Both the position numbers and the translations under genes were made by a program. From a candidate division FCPU426 bacterium (GTDB lineage: Bacteria > Oederibacteriota > Muellerivitia > Muellerivitales > Muellerivitaceae): a DNA stretch of 64,000 nt. Positions 1 to 7,423 of this stretch are shown here, piece after piece. Position 1 is the stretch's first letter. Every line of letters starts with the position of its first letter. The notes below the pieces were generated by a model. That model made no database searches, had not been told where the DNA came from, and saw nothing but the letters and a program-made list of their open reading frames with translations. The DNA lies in NCBI GenBank assembly GCA_963796105.1, contig CAWCKJ010000004.1:448001-512000 (forward strand), written 5' to 3'.

Positions 1-8
1 GAGGATAC

Positions 9-1568
9 ATGAAGACGAAAAAATTCTTTTTGATCATGCCATTGATTCTTCTGATGGCGGCTTGGGTGATCGGGCAAGGGTGCGGTTCCAAATCCAACCC
101 TACTACTCCCCCGCCCGCCAATACCAATACACCAACACTCACATCAACAAAAACGCTGACACCTGTTCCCACTAATACTTCAACATCGACGCACACGTTG
201 ACGATGACGTCGACGGTAACGAACACGTCAACGGATACTCCTACGATTACGGTTGTGGTGAATACGGATACGCCGACAATGACCCCGACCAATACGGTTC
301 CGGTCAATACGGCCACGCCGACAAATACCCCGACTTCCACCAATACAGCCTGCTCGGGTGTGACTTACGTAGCAACTTATACCTTTGACACTGATATACA
401 ATGTTGGGCGATTGGGACGGGCCCTGCTGGGGCGGCCCTTTCGACATCCACGACAACCACCCATAATTCATCGGCAGGTTCCTTGCAAGTCAGTTTACCC
501 GCTCTATCGAGCAAATTGGATGTGGGCGCGAATTATAACTGGCCCTGGGTCGTTGTCCCAAGCTTAAGCGGCAGCATCGCGGTGACCTACAGCGCGTATG
601 TCTGGGTTGATCCGAGCCTCGTATCAGGTACTGGCTCGAACAACCAGATTTGGATGCAGTCGGTAGGCTGGGGAACCTGGAGTTCCATTAGCTATACGAC
701 CAGTGTCATCACTGGCCAGTGGGTTTCCTTTGGCGGAGCGGTCACGATTGGCTCTGGTGTGCCGGGCACTCCGGTCACTATTAACAATGTCGGGTATGAA
801 TTGGTTCCGGGAAGCACGGCCACGGCAGGGAATGTTTATATTGACGATGTTTCCCTAACATTTGCTGATATGCCGGTTCCAACTGCCACGAACACCCCAA
901 CGGAAACTCTTACTCCCATTCCAAGTGCTCCTACGAATACGCCGACCGAAACACCAACTTCTACTGCGACTTGCTCTTGGGTTTCCACCAACCCCAATCT
1001 GATCGACGACATGGAGGCTAACGATTCAGCGGAAATGCCCCATGCGGTGCTTCCGCTTAACCAGTGCCGGAACGGGAACTGGTGGGACAGCAATGATGGG
1101 ACAGGTGGTGGAACCATGAATTTCCAGATTGCATCCGGCGGAGTTGGGGAAAATTGCACCGGAACCAGCAATTACGCGATGGAGTGCACCGTAAATGCCG
1201 GGTTCACCAATTGGGGTGATAATTTCGGTTTAACCCTGACGAATCCCCAGGCCCCCTACGATGCCAGCCTGTTTACCGGTGTTCAGTTCTGCATAAAAGA
1301 TACAACTGGCAACTTGAGTTCTAGTAATTTTAACTTTGCCATAGCGGATTTGAATTCGGTAAATAATGGCCAAGGTGAACACGCGGTAGCAGCTAATGTA
1401 TCGTCTTCGTGGCAACAAGACCAAGTGACACTTGCCGCCATTGCCGCGTCGAGCAATACCTGGGGCAACGCCACTGTCTTTCAGTCGAGCGCAATTGAGA
1501 TGTTGAAGTGGGAGCCTCCGAAGTCCACTGCTTATGATATTTGGGTCGATAACGTAGAATTCTATTGA
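9..1568 (+). CDS. Secreted lipoprotein with Pro/Thr-rich linkers and two carbohydrate-binding-module-like beta-sandwich domains (C-terminal one CBM11-like)
   Basis: Signal peptide ending IGQG-C; long TPTNTPT linkers; domains end in YIDDV and IWVDNVEFY; LIDDME...WWDSND resembles the CBM11-like N-terminus; GAGG RBS. Confidence 0.7.
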   Translation: MKTKKFFLIMPLILLMAAWVIGQGCGSKSNPTTPPPANTNTPTLTSTKTLTPVPTNTSTSTHTLTMTSTVTNTSTDTPTITVVVNTDTPTMTPTNTVPVNTATPTNTPTSTNTACSGVTYVATYTFDTDIQCWAIGTGPAGAALSTSTTTTHNSSAGSLQVSLPALSSKLDVGANYNWPWVVVPSLSGSIAVTYSAYVWVDPSLVSGTGSNNQIWMQSVGWGTWSSISYTTSVITGQWVSFGGAVTIGSGVPGTPVTINNVGYELVPGSTATAGNVYIDDVSLTFADMPVPTATNTPTETLTPIPSAPTNTPTETPTSTATCSWVSTNPNLIDDMEANDSAEMPHAVLPLNQCRNGNWWDSNDGTGGGTMNFQIASGGVGENCTGTSNYAMECTVNAGFTNWGDNFGLTLTNPQAPYDASLFTGVQFCIKDTTGNLSSSNFNFAIADLNSVNNGQGEHAVAANVSSSWQQDQVTLAAIAASSNTWGNATVFQSSAIEMLKWEPPKSTAYDIWVDNVEFY

Positions 1569-1591
1569 AATTGTAACCACGTTTTGGTTTG

Positions 1592-1628
1592 AAAGCGGCC
1601 CGCCCCAAAGGCGGGCCGCTTTTTTTTT
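1592..1628 (+). terminator. Intrinsic terminator
   Basis: AAAGCGGCCCGCC-CCAAA-GGCGGGCCGC followed by a T9 run, just after the stop codon. Confidence 0.9.
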
Positions 1629-1672
1629 GCCCGAATAAACTTTTATTTTCTTCGCACCCGACACTTTTTCGA

Positions 1673-1828
1673 TTAAAAGCAGTTGAAATCGAGCCAAGGT
1701 TTATCGAAGCATTTAAAAATTTGGGTGAGATTTATAAGAATATCGGCCAAACAGAAAAATCAACCGATGCTTTCCAAAAAGCAAGTTCACTAGAACCTTG
1801 GTTAAAGAAGATTTTAGGAATTTTCTAA
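1673..1828 (+). pseudogene. C-terminal TPR fragment
   Basis: KAVEIEPRFIEAFKNLGEIYKNIGQTEKSTDAFQKASSLEP is a TPR unit; the upstream ORF start lies inside the terminator. Confidence 0.5.
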
Positions 1829-2261
1829 TGTTCAACCACCGAATCGTGAGAGATCTAAATTGCGCCGTGGATAACCCATCCTAATCGGCGGTTGAAATTC
1901 ACGGCCACTTTCACGTATCCCATGCTTAACATCTGTAAGAGTTTTCCATTATCCATTGGGCCGCAACATTTTGTTGAATTTGGTCATTTAGAAGTTTGGG
2001 ATTTTAGGCCTGGGGATGAAATTAGTTTAAAAAACCAAGATTTTAAACCGTTGATTACAAAAGTGCCTTGATCGCTGCTTTCCACCTAAAAAAGTTTTCT
2101 AAAAGCCAGATTCTTTTTTGAATTGCGTAAAAAATGGGGCCAGGTTTTGAATACGGCATTTAGAATAAAAGTGTAAATCCGTTACCGTATTCCAGGGGGA
2201 AGACTTTCTCCCCAAAGAAATTCTTTTTGCGGCTTGTCTAAAATTCGATTATCATTTGTTT

Positions 2262-2319
2262 GGGACTGGGAATACCTGGTCAGCGGACGGCGTTGGAAAC
2301 GGCGCTGTCCGTTTATTTT
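2262..2319 (+). ncRNA. Candidate ~58-nt small RNA
   Basis: TTGCGG-N17-TATCAT promoter (2227-2255), +1 near G2262, small hairpin, then AGCGGACGGCGTTG-GAAA-CGGCGCTGTCCGTT and a T-rich tail. Confidence 0.45.
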
Positions 2320-2348
2320 ATCTACCTAAATTTTTCCCTAGTTTAAAT

Positions 2349-2379
2349 AAAAAAGACCCCCGGAATTACCGAGAGCCCC
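2349..2379 (-). terminator. Intrinsic terminator of the hicBA-like pair
   Basis: Minus strand GGGGCTCTCGG-TAATT-CCGGGGGTC-TTTTTT. Confidence 0.7.
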
Positions 2380-2411
2380 TTTGTCATAACTTTTTAGGTT
2401 TGGGTGGCGCT

Positions 2412-2672
2412 TCAGGGTTTTTTTATCAAACCCTGGAAAAAACTATTCACGCAATCAACGCTTAATTGAAAAAGTTCCGCCATGTGTTTAACGGGATTGC
2501 GTTGAATCTGCGGGTCATGCTCTTTTTTCGAGCCCCTTGGCAAGGCGTATGTTTTCCCGTCGTAGAAAACCAAATTACTATGGGTGCTTTCCCTATAAGT
2601 GGCTTTTCCACCGGCGCACTTCTTCAGCATCTCGAATACTTCGCTTAGCCTAACCTGGCCTTTTGGACCCAA
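2412..2672 (-). CDS. HicA-like toxin (dsRBD-fold mRNase), probable TTG start
   Basis: About 86 aa, basic; RESTH matches the GSH motif and ALP...H...I matches the HicA VP.H motif; starts 2 nt after the upstream gene's stop. Confidence 0.55.
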   Translation of the reverse strand: MGPKGQVRLSEVFEMLKKCAGGKATYRESTHSNLVFYDGKTYALPRGSKKEHDPQIQRNPVKHMAELFQLSVDCVNSFFQGLIKKP

Positions 2673-2674
2673 TA

Positions 2675-3175
2675 TCAGGCCGCCGAGGCGTATATGTATT
2701 CGGGATTGTCCTGCGGGGAAGGCGACCAATTCTTTTGGGCATCCAACTGGACGCAAGCGACGACCCTTGCGGGCGCATCATCGGTGATTTTATCCAGGCT
2801 TGAAAATGCGCCGTCCGGTTTCAAAGCGCCGGACCGAATGGCGTTCCGGGTTTCCTTCCAAATTGCCGCTTGGGCCTTGTTTTCTTCCGTAACGAAATTG
2901 TTCACTGACTTTTGAAAGTCGGCGAAGTTACCGGCATTTACGGCCAAATCCTCCAAGACGCCCCGGAAGAACTCCCGGAAATTCAGGTACGCTTCCTGGG
3001 GGGTGGCGCCCTCTTGGGCGATTCCACCGGGACTCACGCCGTATAACCACCATTCGCTATTCTCGTCCTCTTTTTCTTCAGCCATGAGGACGCGGCCTTC
3101 GATTTGAACACCGGCCAAAAAACCGGGACCGGCAATCAAGTCTTTGAATTTGAAAATCAATGGATAAGCGTCCAT
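2675..3175 (-). CDS. HicB-like antitoxin
   Basis: PGGIAQEGATPQEAYLNFREFFRGVLE matches the HicB PG..s.G.T.eEA..n motif; GGAG RBS. Confidence 0.6.
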   Translation of the reverse strand: MDAYPLIFKFKDLIAGPGFLAGVQIEGRVLMAEEKEDENSEWWLYGVSPGGIAQEGATPQEAYLNFREFFRGVLEDLAVNAGNFADFQKSVNNFVTEENKAQAAIWKETRNAIRSGALKPDGAFSSLDKITDDAPARVVACVQLDAQKNWSPSPQDNPEYIYASAA

Positions 3176-3389
3176 AAGGGCTCCTGCTCTTTACGTTCCT
3201 AACGTCAAAATTAGCAACTTCTTCACTGGATGTCCACAGGTAAGGGAAATAAGGGGGTAACGATAGTCAAGTGCTTGTGCCAAGTCAATGCTTTTATCCA
3301 AGCCCTTGTTTCAATGGGTTTCAACCCCCAATGGAAAGGGAACTGTGCGATTTAGCGTCTGGATATTAACCCTTAGATTTTTAGGACTC

Positions 3390-3522
3390 GAATGACACGG
3401 TTATGACAATTAGGGGTATTTACTTTTTCCCTGAAAATTCAGCAGATTTTTTGAGCACTGGATAAAAAGTCCGGTGCGTAACGCCAAAAGAGGAATTTTC
3501 CCGTGTCATAACCGTGTCATTC
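3390..3522. repeat. Perfect 19-bp inverted repeat with internal direct repeats (arm-site- or iteron-like)
   Basis: GAATGACACGGTTATGACA (3390-3408) and TGTCATAACCGTGTCATTC (3504-3522), 95 bp apart. Confidence 0.8.
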
Positions 3523-3577
3523 ATGACCATGATTTACGATTATTGACCGTCGCCAACTATCACCAACCGTCACCAAC

Positions 3578-3629
3578 AAAAAAGGCCTCTGCCTGCCCTG
3601 GTTCCTAAAACCATTGCAGACAAAGGCCC
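3578..3629 (-). terminator. Long-stem intrinsic terminator downstream of the tRNA fragment
   Basis: Minus strand GGGCCTTTGTCTGC..TGGTT-TTAGG-AACCA..GCAGGCAGAGGCC-TTTTTT. Confidence 0.65.
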
Positions 3630-3698
3630 GTTAAACGCTGATGGGGACGATGAATTTTAAAAGTTTTTTAGCCGGAAAGTCTGGAAACCATCGAGGTC

Positions 3699-3739
3699 GA
3701 TTTCGAGTCAGCCGCATTCGACCACTCTGCCATCTCTCC
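3699..3739 (-). tRNA. 5' half only of tRNA-Ser(CGA); no canonical variable arm, T-arm or CCA
   Basis: GGAGAGA TG GCA GAGTGGTCGAA TGC G GCTGA CT-CGA-AA TC; similarity to a normal tRNA stops just after the anticodon loop. Confidence 0.8.
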
Positions 3740-3789
3740 GAAACGTCCACTCTGCCATCTCGCCGGAACTCAACCAAGGAAGAAGCGGT

Positions 3790-3819
3790 ATTGTAGAAGA
3801 TAAAGCGAGATTTGGACAA
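3790..3819 (-). promoter_or_regulatory. Sigma70-type promoter for the tRNA fragment
   Basis: TTGTCC-N18-TACAAT followed by a GC-rich discriminator (ACCGC). Confidence 0.6.
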
Positions 3820-3946
3820 GATTCGGCCTGAATTTGCTCAAATAATCACATCATTGCCGTCCAAATGAAACAAAAACCAAGGAACAAAGATAAATTAAAT
3901 CAGTAGTTTTTAATTCTAAAAAGCGTTAAGCAAAACCAAGTCATTT

Positions 3947-4118
3947 GCCACGGATTCAGGGGATGCACTCGGATAGAACACAGAAAAGAGGCTTTAAACT
4001 TATGTTTTTAAAATCCCATGTATCCCATGCATGCCAGCCCTCCCATAAGGCTATTCAAGGGGGCTGGTATCGTAGCAATCTCCATATAAGTTTTATGGCA
4101 GATTGGCACATCTGTGGC
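3947..4118 (+). repeat. Repeat shell A, copy 1 (27-bp imperfect terminal inverted repeats), containing element C
   Basis: GCCACGGATTCAGGGGATGCA...ATCCCATGTATCCCATGCA[C]TCTGTGGC; also shares about 70 bp of upstream flank with copies 3 and 4. Confidence 0.85.
4032..4108 (+). mobile_element. Double-hairpin mini-element C, copy 1
   Basis: CA|TGCCAGCC...GGCTGGTA TCG TAGCAATCT...AGATTGGCA|CA. Confidence 0.8.
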
Positions 4119-4267
4119 CAAAGTCTATTTTTGGAAAGTTGTGCTTCAAAACCCGTGTTTATTTGCGCCCATCAACATCAAAAGCGTTCTTTCGGTTCAT
4201 CTTCCATTTGCTATCATATAGCGGCCCCGGATTTATACGGGGAACCCCAATATTTGAGGTGAAAGCT

Positions 4268-4912
4268 ATGAAAAGAGTGCACATTTCCCAGATTAGGCGG
4301 AAATATTCCACCACCGGTTTGGTGGAAAAAGACGCTCCCCGGAATCCCCTGGTCCTTTTTGACCGGTGGTTCAAGGAAGCCTTGCAAGCCAATATCCTGG
4401 ACGTGAACGCCATGACCCTCGCCACCGTCTCCCCCCAGGGTAAGCCCAAAGTCCGGGCCATTCTCTTGAAGGGATTTGATAGTCGGGGTTTCGTTTTTTA
4501 CACCAATTACGAAAGCGACAAGGCACGGGACCTGGTCAAACATTCCCAGGTGAGCATGCTCTTCTTCTGGCCCCTCTTGAAACGGCAGGTCCGCGTTGAC
4601 GGCAGGGCCCAAAAAGTCCCGGCCAAGGAATCCGACCAATACTTTAAAATTCGGCCCCGCGACAGCCAGATAGGGGTCTGGGCTTCCCGCCAGAGCCGGG
4701 TGATCCCCGGCAGGGAGATTCTGGAAAAAAGCATGAGGCTCCTGGAAAGGAAATTCAGGAACAAACCCGTGCCCCGTCCCCCCCATTGGGGCGGCTACCG
4801 CGTGATTCCGGAAACATTCGAATTCTGGAAGGGCCGGCCCCACCGCCTGCACGACCGGATCCGCTACAACCTCCTGAAGGGAAAATGGAAAATAGACAGG
4901 CTCTCCCCCTGA
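4268..4912 (+). CDS. pdxH: Pyridoxamine 5'-phosphate oxidase (copy 1)
   Basis: NAMTLAT, R.ILLKG, FYTNYES.K, RQVRVDG, YF..RPR.SQIG.WAS.QS, RP.HWGGY, RLHDR, W.IDRLSP; start placed at ATG 4268. Confidence 0.95.
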   Translation: MKRVHISQIRRKYSTTGLVEKDAPRNPLVLFDRWFKEALQANILDVNAMTLATVSPQGKPKVRAILLKGFDSRGFVFYTNYESDKARDLVKHSQVSMLFFWPLLKRQVRVDGRAQKVPAKESDQYFKIRPRDSQIGVWASRQSRVIPGREILEKSMRLLERKFRNKPVPRPPHWGGYRVIPETFEFWKGRPHRLHDRIRYNLLKGKWKIDRLSP

Positions 4913-4913
4913 A

Positions 4914-5717
4914 ATGAAGGCGATCCCCAGGCAACCCAAGGGGCATCAGGCCCCTTCCCCCCCCGATCCCCAGGCCGTCTCCCAAATGAGGCGGGAATAC
5001 AACCCGTCGGCCCAAAACAGCTGGGGAAACCCCATGAAGGCCGTCCGGTTTTACAAATACTGGTTCCAGCAGGTCCTTCGGGTCATTTCGGTCATGAAGC
5101 ACGAGTACAACACCAGGGGCCTCACCGAGAAATCCGCTTCCGCCGATCCCTTCGAACTGTTCCGGATTTGGTTCGAGGAGGCTGTGCGTTCCAAGGTGCT
5201 GGACCCCAACGCCATGACGCTGGGCACCCTCGGGAAAAATTCCAGCCCGGCCCTTCGGACGGTGCTCCTGAAGGGTTTCGATCCCTCGGGTTTCGTTTTC
5301 TACACGAACTACGAGAGCCAAAAGGGGAGGGAAATCGACCGTAAGGGCTCGGCCTGCCTCCTTTTTTATTGGCCCACCCTGGTGAGGCAGGTTCGCATCG
5401 ACGGCAGGGTCCAAAAGGTCTCGGCGGCGGAATCGGACGAGTATTTCCAGAGCAGGCCCAGGGGAAGCCAACTTTCCGCTTGGGCCTCCAGGCAAAGCAG
5501 GAGCGTCCCTGGAAGGGAAACCCTGGAGAAGCAAATGGCGGCCTTTGAGAGGAAATTCAAGGGAAAACCCGTGCCAAGGCCTCCCCATTGGGGGGGGTAC
5601 CGCCTTGTCCCTCATCGCTTTGAGTTTTGGAACGGCCGTCCCAACCGCCTCCACGACCGTTTGTGTTACACGAAAAGTTCTTCCGGCAAGTGGTTTCGGG
5701 AACGGCTTTCGCCGTAA
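4914..5717 (+). CDS. pdxH: Pyridoxamine 5'-phosphate oxidase (copy 2) with N-terminal extension
   Basis: Same complete motif set; begins 1 nt after the copy 1 stop. Confidence 0.93.
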   Translation: MKAIPRQPKGHQAPSPPDPQAVSQMRREYNPSAQNSWGNPMKAVRFYKYWFQQVLRVISVMKHEYNTRGLTEKSASADPFELFRIWFEEAVRSKVLDPNAMTLGTLGKNSSPALRTVLLKGFDPSGFVFYTNYESQKGREIDRKGSACLLFYWPTLVRQVRIDGRVQKVSAAESDEYFQSRPRGSQLSAWASRQSRSVPGRETLEKQMAAFERKFKGKPVPRPPHWGGYRLVPHRFEFWNGRPNRLHDRLCYTKSSSGKWFRERLSP

Positions 5718-5864
5718 AATCTGATCAGTAACTTTTAAAGAACGCAAACAAAATTGTTTCTTTAAACTGTGGGGAATCGCACCGAAGTAAGTTGTTGTTA
5801 GGTTTACGCCATTAAAGAATTGATGTTTCACCCGATTGTTCCCTTGTGGTTCTGAAAGAACCTG

Positions 5865-5938
5865 TGCCGATCTTATATGAAAAACATAATGAGATCGGTA
5901 CGATACCAGCCTCATTGAAGTTCTATTGAAGGCTGGCA
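5865..5938 (-). mobile_element. Double-hairpin mini-element C, copy 2
   Basis: TG|TGCCGATC...GGCTGGCA|TG; empty allele of the host repeat at 14617-14652. Confidence 0.8.
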
Positions 5939-5968
5939 TGTGGTGAAACTTGATTTTAGTTAGAAATT

Positions 5969-7380
5969 CACTGCTGTCCTAGATAAACCTATTTGTCTTT
6001 GAACCTCCCAGGAAAACAAGCGATTTAGGACAGGCTCGTGAATTTTCTGGGATAAGCCCCCCTCTTTCGTCCTGATGCTGTCCAAATTAAGAATGTATTA
6101 ATTCCATCTGCTTTTCCAAGGGTTCCAGTCTCGCCACTAGGAACGGTGCATCCAACCAGGCCCACAAATCACGATAGGTCAACAGGTTCATCCGTAGCAT
6201 GGCAGCCAAGTGGGATAAACTCCAGGCGATCCGGCTCTTCAATTGAAGGAACTTCAACAGTAGCATGGCAATCAATGCTGTCCAAATCTGCGTCTGAACG
6301 GCATTCTCAGTGGTACCCACAAAAGTTTTTACCCGGAGGTTCTGCTTGAGAGCCTTGAAAAACAACTCGATCTGCCAACGTTCCTTGTAAATGGCACCCA
6401 CCGTCGAGGCGGCAAAACCCATGTGGTTGGTCAGGAACACCAACTCCCGCTTCTGGTCTTCGTCCCATACCACCACCCGTCGCATCTCTTTAGGGTAGGC
6501 TTCATGTGACCGAAACGTCGTCAACCGTATCACCTGGTCCTTCAGGACGTTGCCCGTTTTCGGAACCGTCAGGCTTTTCACCACCTCGTAGGCCATGTTG
6601 ATCTTGGCCCGGGTCACCCACCACACGCCTTGGAATGTCCATCGGGCCAGAAGAAAGAAATCCACATACCCCCGATCCATCACCACGATTGAATCCACTG
6701 GAAAATCGAGCTTTTGGGCCACCTTCACGTCATGCGTGCCTCCCTCCGTTACGAGTCCCCAGCAGGGCAAGTACCCCTGATGGTCCAGCAGAAGATGGAG
6801 TTTGATGGCCCCTTTGGTTCTACGGAATTTCGCCCAGTCGAACACTGACAAACAAAGGTCGATGGTGCTGGAATCCAGGCTATAAAGAGGATTTTTAAAC
6901 CTGAATTTTCTTTTTGAGGTGGCCGCCAACAACTGGCACTTCGATAATAAATGGTAAAAAAGCTTTTGTTGAACCCGCCAAGAACGCTTGGTGTTGGCAT
7001 AGGCCAAGGTGGATTTAGTGGGAGCTTTGCAAAGACCCAAGTGGGTCAATTTCCCAAGGGCCGTACTGAGGCCGCCACAGATTTCCCTCAAGGAATGGGC
7101 TGCTCCCATCTGGCAGAAAAGCATGGAAACAAACTGATCCCAGCAACTGAATCCCTTGGAGTGCTTTTCGGCTTCAATCTCTCGCACGATTCGCTCAAAA
7201 GCGGTTCGGTCTACGAGTTTCAACACTTGGGCAAATAGACTGGTTGGTGGTACCATAAAAAAGCGCCTCCGTATGTTTGAAGTAGCGACGGCTGGTAACC
7301 GTTGCTTTGGGCTGTCATCAAACCCAATTCTACTTCAATCGGAGGCGTCTTTTTTTAGGCCTTTATTTAGGACAAGAGTG
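5969..7380 (-). mobile_element. Complete IS4-family insertion sequence, 1412 bp
   Basis: Terminal inverted repeats CACTGCTGTCCTAGATAAA / CACTCTTGTCCTAAATAAA; 9-bp target duplication TTAGAAATT at 5960-5968 and 7381-7389. Confidence 0.93.
6087..7256 (-). CDS. IS4-family DDE transposase (DUF4372-like N-terminus)
   Basis: LDSSTI, KLH, MDRGY and the YKERWQIELFFKALKQ (YREK) signature. Confidence 0.95.
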   Translation of the reverse strand: MVPPTSLFAQVLKLVDRTAFERIVREIEAEKHSKGFSCWDQFVSMLFCQMGAAHSLREICGGLSTALGKLTHLGLCKAPTKSTLAYANTKRSWRVQQKLFYHLLSKCQLLAATSKRKFRFKNPLYSLDSSTIDLCLSVFDWAKFRRTKGAIKLHLLLDHQGYLPCWGLVTEGGTHDVKVAQKLDFPVDSIVVMDRGYVDFFLLARWTFQGVWWVTRAKINMAYEVVKSLTVPKTGNVLKDQVIRLTTFRSHEAYPKEMRRVVVWDEDQKRELVFLTNHMGFAASTVGAIYKERWQIELFFKALKQNLRVKTFVGTTENAVQTQIWTALIAMLLLKFLQLKSRIAWSLSHLAAMLRMNLLTYRDLWAWLDAPFLVARLEPLEKQMELIHS

Positions 7381-7423
7381 TTAGAAATTCTAATGTTAGT
7401 CATGAGTCTGAATTAGGAAGCCA

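Noticed and set aside
3600..3700. Group I intron interrupting the tRNA anticodon loop
   Set aside because: No 3' exon found downstream, a terminator follows within about 70 nt, and no P7-type core was recognisable.
4103..4267. N-terminal extension of the first pdxH ORF in the ORF track
   Set aside because: Starts inside repeat elements; homology begins at ATG 4268.
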